A stretch of 64,000 nt of DNA from positions 4,000,001 to 4,064,000 of the forward strand of contig OY762911.1 of NCBI GenBank assembly GCA_963666565.1, written 5' to 3'. Under the pieces are notes generated by a model that had not been told where the DNA came from, did not search any database, and was given only the letters and a program-made list of their open reading frames with translations. Positions 17,711 to 28,000 of this stretch are shown in pieces (positions within the stretch are counted from its first letter, which is position 1; each line of letters opens with the position of its first letter). The translations under genes and the position numbers were made by a program. This DNA comes from Thermoanaerobaculia bacterium (GTDB lineage: Bacteria; Acidobacteriota; Thermoanaerobaculia; Multivoradales; Multivoraceae).

Positions 17711-19492
17711 ATGATCCGGTTCGCCGCCCTGCTATGGACCGTAACCGCGGCCGCGGCGCAGCCCGCGGCGGCCGCAGGCGACATGCCCGGCGACCCGCTG
17801 ACCGGCTCGGGCGAGGTCGCGCGGACGCTGCTTCCGGCAGCCCGGCTCCTGGCCGGCGAGTTCCCGGCCCCGGTCGACAACGCGGCCTTCGCCCTGCCGG
17901 AGAACGCCGCGCCGCCCCGCCACGAGATGCGCGGCACGTTGCAGCTCTTCGGCGGCGGCGGGGCCTCCTGGACCGTCCACCACGACACCTACCTGCGGGC
18001 GGACGAACCGCCGATCGTCTCCGCCCTGCGCCGCATTCCGCGGCTCGACGTCGTCCTGGTCCAGAGCGGCTCCTACCTGATTCCCGCCAACCGCGCGCTC
18101 CGCTACACCGGCGACGCCTACTGGAACGTCATCGTCGGACCGGGCCGGATCTGGAGCGAGAACGGCGACGGCGGCAGGAGCCGGGCCTCGCTGCCGGTCA
18201 CCCTGGTCGAGCGCAACCAGAACTGCGCCTACCACGGCGTCGTGACCTTCCTCTTCGACGGCGCCTCCACCTCGCCCGCCGCCTTCCAGGCCACCCAGGA
18301 GACCTGCAAGTACTTCAAGTTCGACCTCTGGGACGCGGGCCCCACCCGCTTCGCCGCCGGCGAGCCGCCCGAGGCGGCCGCTCTACTCGCCGCCTACGCC
18401 GCCGAGGCGGCCTCCCGGCTGCCGGTCCGGCCGATCGACCGGATTCGGGACGACTACCCGCGCGCCCAGGTCTACCCGCGGGCGTTCGGCGGCGGCTTCG
18501 ACCGCGAGCACCTCACCGCCTTCGGCGTCTCCTTCGGCGGAGTCCACTACCAGGGTCCGGTGCACACGCGCCACGGCGACTATCCCTATCCCGAGCAGAT
18601 CCGGCTGCCCTCGTATTCCACCGCCAAGACCGCGGTCGGCGCCGTCGCGCTGATGCGGCTGGCGCAGCGGGACGGCTTCGAGGTGACCGAACTCGAGCTC
18701 CGGGACTACGTGCCCAGGCCGCCCCGGGGCAGCTTCCGCGGAGTGACGTTCGAGCACGCGCTCGACATGGCGACCGGCCACTACTGGGACACGGGCAACC
18801 AGGACGACGAGAAGAACTCGACGACCGAGCTGAACTTCTTCGTGCCGGAGCACCGGAACCGCAAGCTGCGCGGCGCCCTCGCCTACCCGACGAGGGAGCC
18901 GCCCGGAGAGCGCTGGGTGTACCACACGACGGACGCCTTCCTGCTGTCCGTGGCGATGAGCGGGTACCTCGGGCAGGCGGCCGGGGCCTCGCCGAAGGAA
19001 CCCGCCGACCTGCTGGAGTTCCTGGCCGCCGAGGTCTACCGGCCGCTGGGCGTCTCCGCCGGGGCGCTCCAGTCGCTGCGCACGGACAACCGGGCCGACG
19101 GCTACGTCTTCGGCGGCTACGGCATGTTCTGGACCCCGGACGACATCCTGAAGATCGCCAACCTGCTGAACGTCCAGAGCGGCCGGATCGGCGACCGGCA
19201 GGTGCTCCATCCGGGCATGGTCGCCGCCGCGATGCAGGAAGACGAGGACGACCGCGGCCTGGACGCCGTCCACAACGGCCACCCGAACAAGTACAACAAC
19301 TCGGTCTGGTCGCGGCAGATCGAGGTCACCGACAGCGCCGCCGGCACGAAGCGGATCCGGGTACGGCAGATGCTCGGCTACGGCGGCATCGGCGTCCTCA
19401 TGCTGCCGAACGGCGCCGTCTTCTACTACTTCGGCGACAACGACCAGCACGACTGGCTGCGCTCCGCGCGGGAGGCCTACAAGCTCCGATGA
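17711..19492 (+). CDS. Secreted serine hydrolase (beta-lactamase/AmpC-like fold) with N-terminal extension
   Basis: Signal peptide; SxxK motif PSYSTAK; LDMATG; PGERWVYHT; MLGYGG near the C-terminus. Confidence 0.75.
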   Translation: MIRFAALLWTVTAAAAQPAAAAGDMPGDPLTGSGEVARTLLPAARLLAGEFPAPVDNAAFALPENAAPPRHEMRGTLQLFGGGGASWTVHHDTYLRADEPPIVSALRRIPRLDVVLVQSGSYLIPANRALRYTGDAYWNVIVGPGRIWSENGDGGRSRASLPVTLVERNQNCAYHGVVTFLFDGASTSPAAFQATQETCKYFKFDLWDAGPTRFAAGEPPEAAALLAAYAAEAASRLPVRPIDRIRDDYPRAQVYPRAFGGGFDREHLTAFGVSFGGVHYQGPVHTRHGDYPYPEQIRLPSYSTAKTAVGAVALMRLAQRDGFEVTELELRDYVPRPPRGSFRGVTFEHALDMATGHYWDTGNQDDEKNSTTELNFFVPEHRNRKLRGALAYPTREPPGERWVYHTTDAFLLSVAMSGYLGQAAGASPKEPADLLEFLAAEVYRPLGVSAGALQSLRTDNRADGYVFGGYGMFWTPDDILKIANLLNVQSGRIGDRQVLHPGMVAAAMQEDEDDRGLDAVHNGHPNKYNNSVWSRQIEVTDSAAGTKRIRVRQMLGYGGIGVLMLPNGAVFYYFGDNDQHDWLRSAREAYKLR

Positions 19493-22011
19493 CTCCACCG
19501 AACGCCCCGGAATCGGCGCCGGCGCCCTTCGCCGGCCTCAGGATCGTCGAACTGGCGGAGGGCGTCGCCGGCCCGTACTGCGGCAAGCTGCTCGCCGACC
19601 TGGGCGCCGACGTCGTCAAGGTCGAGCCGCCCGCGGGCGACGCCGCGCGCCGGGCGAACGGCGCCGACCCGACGACACCCGATCCGGCGAAGACTCCCGA
19701 CCCGGAAGGCTCGCCGCTCTTTCTCTACTGCAACACGAGCAAGCGCGGCATCGTCCTCGACCTGGACGACGCGGACGATCGCGCCGCCTTCGACGGCCTG
19801 CTCCGCACCGCCGACGCCCTGATCGTCGACCGCGAGCCGCCGGCGGGAACGCCGCCCGGCCCGGTCGTCGCGGCGGTCACGCCCTACGGCCTCTCGGGGC
19901 CGCGCGCCGGTGCGCCCGCCGGTGAACTCACGCTGACCCACGGCGGCGGACTGGTCAACCAGATGCCGGCCCGGTCCCGCGACATCGACCGCGCGCCGGT
20001 CGCCCTGGGCGGACACCAGGCCGGCTACCACGCCGGCCTCGTGACGGCGCTGGCGGTCGCCGCGGCGCTCCACGACCGCCGCGAAGGCGAGGCCGCCGAG
20101 CGAATCGACGTCTCGATCCAGGACGTCATGGTCGGCATGGTGGCGCCCCTCCTGGCCAGCGCCCGCTACCACGAGACGACCTGGTCGCGGGTGCCGGACC
20201 GCCCGCCCGCCATGGGCCGGCTCCGGACGAGCGACGGCTACGTCATCCTGAACGCCTTCGACGACCACCACTTCGAGCTCTTCCGCGAACTGATGGGCAA
20301 TCCGGACTGGTGCGAAGGCGACGAGTGGAAGGACATGGCCTACCGCAGCCATCACCTGATGGACATCGCCCCGCGGGTCGACGCCTGGGCGCTCGAACAG
20401 AAGCGCGACGACCTTTACCACCGCGCCGCCAGGCTGGGCATCCCGGTCGGTCCGATCCACGACGCCGCCGACGTGATGGCCTACGCGCAGTACGCGGCCC
20501 GCGACTACTTCGTCGAGGTCGATCATCCGCGCACCGGGCCGAAGCGCTACGCCGGCTGGCCGTACCGGATGGGCGCCTCACAGCCGCGCGTCTCGCGCCC
20601 GGCGCCGCTCCTCGGCGAGCACTCGGCGGAGATCCGGAGGGAACTGAACGGCGACGCCCTCGTCGGCGCCGGAACGCCGGTCGCCTTGGCCGGCGCCGGG
20701 ACGGCTGCCCCGTCGGACGCCGAAGCGGCCGACGCCGCGCGGACCGCGGTCGCCTCGTCGGGCCCCGACGACGCCGGCGTCCCCGCCGCGCGCAAGCTCC
20801 CGCTCGAAGGCATCCGCGTCGCCGAGTTCGCCTGGGTCTGGGCCGGTCCCTACGCCGGCGTCCTGCTCTCGACCCTGGGCGCCGAGGTCATCAAGGTCGA
20901 GGGGCCGAAGCGCCTCGACCTGACCCGCCGCTCGGTCGTCTGGCCCCGCGCCGAGGAGGCGCCGCGGAAGATCGGCCCGGACGCCGGCATGGCGTTCAAC
21001 ACGATGAACCTGAACAAGCGGTCGCTGGCGCTCGACCTGTCGCAGCGCGAGGGCCGCGAACTCGCCCTCCGCCTCGCCGGCCAGTGCGACGTGATCTACG
21101 ACAACATGCGCCCCGGCGCGATGGTCAAGCTCGGCCTGGACCACGAGACCCTGCGCCGGGCGAACCCGAGGCTCGTCGTCGCCTCGTCGTCGGGCCGCGG
21201 CCACGGCGGCCCCGAGACGGAGTACCTGGGCTACGCGATGGTCCACCAGGGCGTGGCCGGCGGCGCGTACATCTCCGGCTACCCGGACGACCACCCGACC
21301 CACAGCGGCGGCGACGTCGACCTGATGAACGCGGTCACGCTCGCCTTCTCGATCGTCGCGGCGCTCCATCACCGCGGGCGGACCGGCGAAGGCCAGTTCA
21401 TCGACTATTCGCAGTGCGAGGGCGTCAGCTCCATCCTCGGCGAGGTGCTCCTGGAGTACGAGATGACCGGCAAGGTTCCGGAGCGCAACGGCAACGCGCA
21501 CCGAAGTTCGGCGCCGCACGGCGTCTACCGCTGCTGGGGCATCGACCGCTGGCTCGCCATCGAAGTGCACGGCGACGAGGAGTTCGCCCGGCTCGCGGCG
21601 ACGATGAACCGGCCCGAACTGGCCGGAGACCCCCGCTTCGAGACCGCGGCCGCCAGGAAGCGGAACGAAGCCGAACTCGACGCGATCGTCGGCGCCTGGG
21701 CCCGGGAGCGGGACCGCGACTGGCTGGCCCGCGAACTCCTGGGCGCCGGAGTCGCCGCCGCCCCGTCCCGCGACGCCCGCGACCTCTACGCCGACTCCCA
21801 CCTGCGGGCCCGGGGCTCCTTCGCCACCGTCGAGCACCCGGAGTGGGGCGACCTGGAACTCGTCGGTCCGCCGTTCCGCATCGCGGGCCGCGATCTCGGC
21901 CCGCGCCGGGCGCCCCTGCTCGGCGAGCACACCGACGCCGTCCTCGCCGACGTCCTCGGCCTCTCCGCCGACGAGATCGCCGCCTGCCGCGACCGCGGCA
22001 TCGTCGCCTGA
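19489..22011 (+). CDS. Family III CoA-transferase, tandem two-domain fusion (second copy)
   Basis: GLRIVE..AGPYCGKLLADLGADVVKVEPP; APLLGEH; second half PLEGIRV..WAGP..NLNKRS..APLLGEHT. Confidence 0.9.
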   Translation: MTPPNAPESAPAPFAGLRIVELAEGVAGPYCGKLLADLGADVVKVEPPAGDAARRANGADPTTPDPAKTPDPEGSPLFLYCNTSKRGIVLDLDDADDRAAFDGLLRTADALIVDREPPAGTPPGPVVAAVTPYGLSGPRAGAPAGELTLTHGGGLVNQMPARSRDIDRAPVALGGHQAGYHAGLVTALAVAAALHDRREGEAAERIDVSIQDVMVGMVAPLLASARYHETTWSRVPDRPPAMGRLRTSDGYVILNAFDDHHFELFRELMGNPDWCEGDEWKDMAYRSHHLMDIAPRVDAWALEQKRDDLYHRAARLGIPVGPIHDAADVMAYAQYAARDYFVEVDHPRTGPKRYAGWPYRMGASQPRVSRPAPLLGEHSAEIRRELNGDALVGAGTPVALAGAGTAAPSDAEAADAARTAVASSGPDDAGVPAARKLPLEGIRVAEFAWVWAGPYAGVLLSTLGAEVIKVEGPKRLDLTRRSVVWPRAEEAPRKIGPDAGMAFNTMNLNKRSLALDLSQREGRELALRLAGQCDVIYDNMRPGAMVKLGLDHETLRRANPRLVVASSSGRGHGGPETEYLGYAMVHQGVAGGAYISGYPDDHPTHSGGDVDLMNAVTLAFSIVAALHHRGRTGEGQFIDYSQCEGVSSILGEVLLEYEMTGKVPERNGNAHRSSAPHGVYRCWGIDRWLAIEVHGDEEFARLAATMNRPELAGDPRFETAAARKRNEAELDAIVGAWARERDRDWLARELLGAGVAAAPSRDARDLYADSHLRARGSFATVEHPEWGDLELVGPPFRIAGRDLGPRRAPLLGEHTDAVLADVLGLSADEIAACRDRGIVA

Positions 22012-22023
22012 CCCGACGGCGCC

Positions 22024-22191
22024 GGGTGCGCGGGTCTGCCATCCGCGCGCCCGCTGACGGGCGCACGGACTGGTTCACGGGTGACGCGGATCGCGTCACC
22101 CGGGTGGCCGACCCGCATCCGGCCTGCTGGGTGCGCGGGTCTTCCGACCCGCATCCGGCCTGCTGGGTGCGCGGGTCTTCTGACCCGCATC
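22024..22191 (+). repeat. REP-like cluster: degenerate copy, perfect 11-bp hairpin (22078-22102) and 36-bp tandem copies
   Basis: GACCCGCATC at 22110, 22146 and 22182; CGGGTGACGCG-GAT-CGCGTCACCCG. Confidence 0.9.
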
Positions 22192-22290
22192 AAGCGCGAT
22201 GCCGCGCAGCGGCGAGCGCAAGCCGGCGGCGCCGGCTGTACACTCTGCCCTCGCAAACCCACAGTCCGACTCAGCAAAGAGAGGTCCGTC

Positions 22291-23268
22291 GTGATTCGAC
22301 TCGCCAAGACTCCGCACCGCGCCGCGATCGTCGCGGCGCTCGCCGCAGCCGCCTTGCTCGTCGCCACGCCCGTGCCGGCCCAGCAGGACGGCGACTCCGT
22401 GACCGTCGACATCATGAGCCGCTATCGCGTCGCTCCGAACATCACCTACCTGACGGCCGACGGCTACGAGTCGAAGCTCGACGTGATGACCCCACGCGGC
22501 CAGGGGCCGGTCCCGACCCTGATCTACATCCACGGCGGCGGCTGGGTCGGCGGCACGAAGGAATCCAGCGTGCTGCGCGCCCTCCCCTACCTGGAAATGG
22601 GCTGGGCGGTGGTCAACGTGGAGTATCGGCTTGGCCGCAACGCCCTGGCGCCCGGCGCCGTCGAGGACTGCCGCTGCGCGCTCCGCTGGGTCTACGAGAA
22701 CGCCGAGGACTACAACATCGACACCTCCCGCCTGGTCGTCACCGGCGCCTCGGCCGGCGGTCACCTGTCGCTGACGACGGGCATGCTGCCGGCCTCCGCC
22801 GGCCTCGACCGGCTCTGCCCCGGCCGCGACGCGGACCGTCCGGGCTGGGCCGCCGCCGACGAGTACGAGATGCCCGTCGCCGCGATCGTCAACTGGTTCG
22901 GGATCACCGACGTCGGCGACCTGCTCGAGGGCGTCAACGCGAAGAGCTACGCGGTCGCCTGGATGGGCTCCCGCAGCGACCGCATGGAACTCGCGAAGCG
23001 CGTGTCGCCGCTCACCTACGTGCGGTCCGGACTGCCGCCGATCCTGACAATCCACGGCGACGTCGACAACATCGTGCCCTACCAGCACGCCCTCGACCTG
23101 CACGCCAAGCTGGACGAGGCGGGTGTCGCGAACAAGATCCACACCGTGCCCGGCAAGGGCCACGGCAACTTCACACCCGACGAGCAGCAGGAGATCTTCC
23201 GGGTCATCCGGGCCTTCCTCGCCGAGCACGTGACCGCCGCGGAAGCCGCCAGCACCGGCGCCGAGTGA
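22291..23268 (+). CDS. Secreted alpha/beta hydrolase (HSL/BD-FAE-like esterase)
   Basis: IHGGGW, GASAGGHL, IHGDVD, GHG; signal peptide; GAGAGG RBS before GTG 22291. Confidence 0.88.
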   Translation: MIRLAKTPHRAAIVAALAAAALLVATPVPAQQDGDSVTVDIMSRYRVAPNITYLTADGYESKLDVMTPRGQGPVPTLIYIHGGGWVGGTKESSVLRALPYLEMGWAVVNVEYRLGRNALAPGAVEDCRCALRWVYENAEDYNIDTSRLVVTGASAGGHLSLTTGMLPASAGLDRLCPGRDADRPGWAAADEYEMPVAAIVNWFGITDVGDLLEGVNAKSYAVAWMGSRSDRMELAKRVSPLTYVRSGLPPILTIHGDVDNIVPYQHALDLHAKLDEAGVANKIHTVPGKGHGNFTPDEQQEIFRVIRAFLAEHVTAAEAASTGAE

Positions 23269-23305
23269 CGAGGACACTCTCAGGGACGCGAGCGCTCTCG
23301 CCTCG

Positions 23306-24901
23306 ATGACGGCAAGGCCTGGCAGCGATGCCGCCGGCGATGCTCCGGGTGCGCGGGTCTGCCGACCCGCATCCGGAGCGCCCGACCTGTGCTCCCGTAC
23401 CGCCGTCGACCTCGCCGCGCTTCTGGCCCGCGGCGAGGTCTCCGCCGTCAATGTCCTGGAAGCGCACCTCGACTGGATCGACCGCCGCAATTCGGAACTC
23501 AACGCGATCTGCACGCTCGACCGCGACGGCGCGTTCAAGCAGGCGCGCGCCGCCGACGACCTGCGACGCCGTGACCCGGAAGCCGCGGCCGCCAAGCCCC
23601 TGCTCGGCCTGCCGACCGCCGTCAAGGACCTGGTGCCGACCAGGGGCATCCGCACCACCTTCGGTTCGCCGATCTTCGCGGACAACGTCCCCGACTTCGA
23701 CGCCCTGCTCGTCGAGCGCATCCGCGCCGCCGGAGCGGTCGTCGTCGGCAAGACGAACGCGCCCGAGTTCGGCGCAGGCTCGCAGACCTTCAACCCGGTG
23801 TTCGGCAAGACCCGCAATCCGTGGGACCCGAGCCGGACCTGCGGCGGTTCGAGCGGCGGCGCCGCGGCGGCGCTCGCCAGCGGCATGCTGCCCATCGCCG
23901 ACGGCAGCGACCTCGGCGGCTCGCTCCGCAACCCGGCGAGCTTCTGCGGCGTCGTCGGCTTCCGGCCCACGCCGGGCCGCGTGCCCCGCGTACCTCCCGA
24001 GCAAGGCTGGGACGACCTCGCCGTGCTCGGACCGATGGGCCGCAACGTCGCCGACGCGGCGCTCCTGTTCTCGGTCATCGCCGGGCCGGATCCAAGAGAT
24101 CCGATCTCCATCGCCTTCGCCGACCGGGCGCAAGGCCTGCCAAGGGCCGGCTCTCCTTCGACTGCCAGGTCCTCGTCCAGCGCCTGGGCCCGAACCGCCG
24201 GCCCGCAGCCTGGCGCCCCGCCGCGGCCGTTCCACCCGCTCGAGCCCGCCGATCTCCGCGGCCTCCGCCTCGCCTGGACGCCGAACCTCGGCCGCTACCC
24301 CGTCGAACGTGAAGTCGTCGAGGTCTGCGAAGCCGCGCTGCCGGCGTTCCGCGACCTGGGCGCCGAAGGCGAGGAAGCCGCGCCCGACCTCTCCGGCGCC
24401 GACGTGATCTTCCGCACCCTGCGCGCCAACCTGTTCGCCGACAAGCTGGGGCCGCTGTTCCCCGAGCACCGCGACCGGATGAAGGACACCGTGATCGAGG
24501 AGATCGAACGGGGCCTTGCGCTCACGGGGCCCGACATCGCGTCCGCCCAGGCCGAACGCACCCGCCTCCACTGCCGCGTCGTCGACTTCTTCGAGCGCTA
24601 CGACGCCCTGCTGCTGCCAACCGTTCAGGTCCTGCCGTTCGATGTGGACCAGCCCTATCCCACCGAGATCGAAGGGCGGCCGATGAAGAACTACACCGAC
24701 TGGATGGCCTCCTGCTACACGATCACCGTCACCGGCTGCCCCGCCATCTCCGTGCCGTGCGGGATCGGCCCGTCGGGCCTGCCGGTGGGCCTTCAGATCG
24801 TCACGCCGCGAGCGAGCGACCGTCTGACCCTGGCGATCGCCGCAGCGTTCGAGTCCGCCATCCGCTGGGTGCGCGGGTCTTCCGACCCGCTGCCGGCGTA
24901 G
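23306..24901 (+). CDS. Amidase (amidase-signature family)
   Basis: GLPTAVKD, GKTNAPEF, GGSSGG, GSDLGGSLRNPA, GLPVGLQI. Confidence 0.9.
   Translation: MTARPGSDAAGDAPGARVCRPASGAPDLCSRTAVDLAALLARGEVSAVNVLEAHLDWIDRRNSELNAICTLDRDGAFKQARAADDLRRRDPEAAAAKPLLGLPTAVKDLVPTRGIRTTFGSPIFADNVPDFDALLVERIRAAGAVVVGKTNAPEFGAGSQTFNPVFGKTRNPWDPSRTCGGSSGGAAAALASGMLPIADGSDLGGSLRNPASFCGVVGFRPTPGRVPRVPPEQGWDDLAVLGPMGRNVADAALLFSVIAGPDPRDPISIAFADRAQGLPRAGSPSTARSSSSAWARTAGPQPGAPPRPFHPLEPADLRGLRLAWTPNLGRYPVEREVVEVCEAALPAFRDLGAEGEEAAPDLSGADVIFRTLRANLFADKLGPLFPEHRDRMKDTVIEEIERGLALTGPDIASAQAERTRLHCRVVDFFERYDALLLPTVQVLPFDVDQPYPTEIEGRPMKNYTDWMASCYTITVTGCPAISVPCGIGPSGLPVGLQIVTPRASDRLTLAIAAAFESAIRWVRGSSDPLPA
23347..23376 (+). 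repeat. REP-like palindrome in the amidase 5' region
   Basis: GGGTGCGCGGGTC-TGCC-GACCCGC-ATCCGG. Confidence 0.85.
24864..24890 (+). repeat. REP-like palindrome in the amidase 3' end
   Basis: GCTGGGTGCGCGGGTC-TTCC-GACCCGC. Confidence 0.85.
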
Positions 24902-25003
24902 CCGGCCAGAAAGTCGCGCCCGCCGCAAGGCCGGCATCGCTCCGATTCCCCGCAGCGAACACCACCGAGCCGCACCGCTCCACCGACGGGCTACACTCCC
25001 GGA

Positions 25004-28000
25004 ATGAGGCTCCGCAACGAAACGTTGCGGGCGGCAACGTCCCAGTCACTGGCGAGTCTCGGACTCGTCGGAATCGCCGCGCTCGCGGGCGGTCCCGTCG
25101 CCGCCCAGCGCGCCGACTCGCTCAACACCGTCAACGGCGTCGTGGTAGACGAGCGCGGCGCCCCCACCGCCGACGTGGAGGTCGTCCTGCGGCCCTACCC
25201 GAGCGAGTACCAAGTCGATCTCTTTCTCCTGGGCTACGAAGACACCCTGCCCCCGGCCGTGGACAGCACCCCCACCGGGCCGGACGGCGGCTACTCGCTC
25301 TCGGCAGCCGAGGCCGGGCCCTACTTGCTGGAGTTCCGGCCGCCAGCGGTCGAAGGCCGGCAGCGCTCAACCTCGCCGCTCATCTACGGGAATCTGGTAC
25401 CGCTCAAGGGATCCCGGACCGCCCAAACGGTGGAGATGCCAAACCGCCACCCGGTCGCCGTTCGGATCCTGGATGCCGCGGGCGATCCGATCGAAGGCGC
25501 CCTGGTCGTTGCGGACCCCTCCGTCTGGATCGCGCCACGCTACCTGGGCGCCCTGACCCGGCTCTTCCGCGATGTGCAGACGGGGACCTTCTCGCCCCCG
25601 CCTGAGGAACTGATCCTGCCGACGTTTCACCGCTCAGTCTCCCGGACCGACTCGGAGGGAATCGCGCGCTTCCGGATGCCGACGGCGGAAGCGAGTCTGG
25701 TTGTCTCGGCGCCGGGCTTCGTCCGGGCCGAGGGAAAGTCCGCGTCGGGCCGTGCCGCGTTCCGCCTGGAGCGCGCCCCGGGAGTCCGTCTGCGCGTCCG
25801 CGGTCCGGACGGGGCGCTCGCGCCGGGAGTTCTGATCCGTACGCCGGACACCACCGAGGCCGCCCGCAACCTGACTGGCGCCAACCTCCTCGGCGACCTC
25901 GGCACTCCCGGGGCCCTGGGCGCTCCTGGCGCACCGCTGGCGGTCACCGGTGCAGAAGGCGAAGCCGTGGTCGCTCCGAACTCCACATCCGAAACGAGTT
26001 GGGAACTCGAAGGGCCCGACCGTGCTTTCGCGCGAGTTTCGCTGCCGACGCCGAGTCCCGAGGAAGGGTCAACTCGGGAACGGGTCGTCGAAGTGCGACT
26101 CGAAGCGCCCAGCCGAATTCCCGGCCGCGTCGTCGACGTCGCGTCGGGCCTGGCGGTCGAAGGCGCGGCAATCTGGGTGCAGAGGCTCCCCGGTCACCGC
26201 GCGACCAGCGGCCCGAGCGGCGCCTTCGATCTCGAGACCGGGCCCGCGACGACGGGCACGCGCCTTCTCGCGACGGCCGGCGGCTACCTCCCCGAGCAGA
26301 CGGACATTGCGGCCTCCACCGACCCGAATCCGGCGGAAACCAGGATCGGGCTCACGCCGGAGGCGCCCATCCGCGGCGTGGTGACGGACTCGTCGGGTCG
26401 AGGCGTCGGCGGCGCGAAGATTCGCGCCCAGCCGCGCGGCGCCGGAGTTCCGCCCGTCGGGTCGCTCACCGCCCGGCCCGCAACGTCGGCGCCGGACGGC
26501 GCCTTTCAGTTGGATGAGGTCGTCTACGGCCATGTCTACAGGTTGACCGCCCAGGCGGCCGGCTACGCCAACACGTCTCTCGACCTGCCGCCCCTCGAAC
26601 CCGGCGTGACGATCGACCCGATCCACATGGTGCTGTCGGCGGGCCGCCAGGTCCTCGGCGCCGCGGTCGACTCCAACGGGAATCCCGTGGCAGACGTCGA
26701 TGTAGCCCTTCTATGGCCCCTGGATCCATCGGACTTCAGATCTCCCTTCGACGCTCCCGCCGTGGCCACCACAACGAATGAGCGAGGCGCGTTCGCCTTC
26801 CCCGCCGTGGCGCCGGGCGACTACGAACTGCGCCTGCGCCACCCCGGGTACTCGGATCGTCCGCCGGCGCCGATCGATGTACCGAGCGGCGAATCGGACC
26901 TGGACCTCGGCGACCTCACCCTGGTCGCCGGGGGAACGATCCGCGGCATCGTGACCGACCCTGACGGCGAGCCGGTACCCGGCGCCTCGTTGCAGGCCCG
27001 CGGGCGGAACCGGATCGGCGGCACCGTCCGGACGGCCACGACAGATGCAGACGGGCGATTCCAGATGACCGGCCTCTCCACCGACCTCGCGGACCTCGGC
27101 ATCCGGGCATCCGGATATCCGCTGCTTGTCCGGCCCGGCATCCGCGTCGATAGCGGAGACTCCGTCCTGATCGAACTCGTGCCTGGATCTGCGGTATCGG
27201 GCCGCGTCGTCGACGCCGGCGGCAACGACGCCGTTGGCGTCCCCGTGAGGCTCCGGATCGAACGCGACCGCCGTTCCGGCGGCAGCCCGCTCCTGATGGG
27301 GCCGCGGGACATGTTCCCGCGGCGGGTGACGGACTCCCAAGGCCGTTTTCGCTTTGACGAACTCATCCCCGGCACCTGGTCGGCCGAGGCGCGGAAGGGC
27401 GAGGAGACCGCCAAAGCCGGTCCGATCGAACTGGCGGCCGCCGGCGAGCGGGAAATCGAACTCGTCCTGGGCACGCCGAACCGGCTGACGGTCGTCGTCG
27501 CGACCGCAACGGGCGATCCGGTAGCGGGCGCGCGGATCACGCTGGAGTCGCCGGGCGAGCGGCTGCCAACCGGCTACGGACAAACGGACGGCAGCGGCGA
27601 AGCGCGAATCGACATCTCGCCCGGCTCCGCGACCGTCAAGGTGGAACACGAGCGACTCCGGGACGAATCGCGGCAGGTGGAACTCGCGACAGGCGCCAAC
27701 GAACTCCGGATCGAACTCCATCCGGCCGCGGAACTCGCGGGCACGGTCCGTTCCCACGACGGCGTTCCCCTGGCGCTGGCGACCGTCGAGGCCGTAACCG
27801 AGTACTCCCCGAACACGGAGCGCCATCAGCGGAACACGGCTTCGGACCGGAACGGCGCGTTCCGCGTCACGGACGTCGAGCCCGGCAGCTACATCGTCAC
27901 CGCGCGATCGTCCGGCTACGCCGACGGCGGTCCGGAGACGCCCATCAGGGTCGACCGCGAGTCCATCGAGGGCATCGAGATCGTGCTCCAGCCGGAGGCG

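Noticed and set aside
22100-22191. CRISPR-like 36-bp repeats
   Set aside because: Head-to-tail copies of the REP-like element with no spacers.
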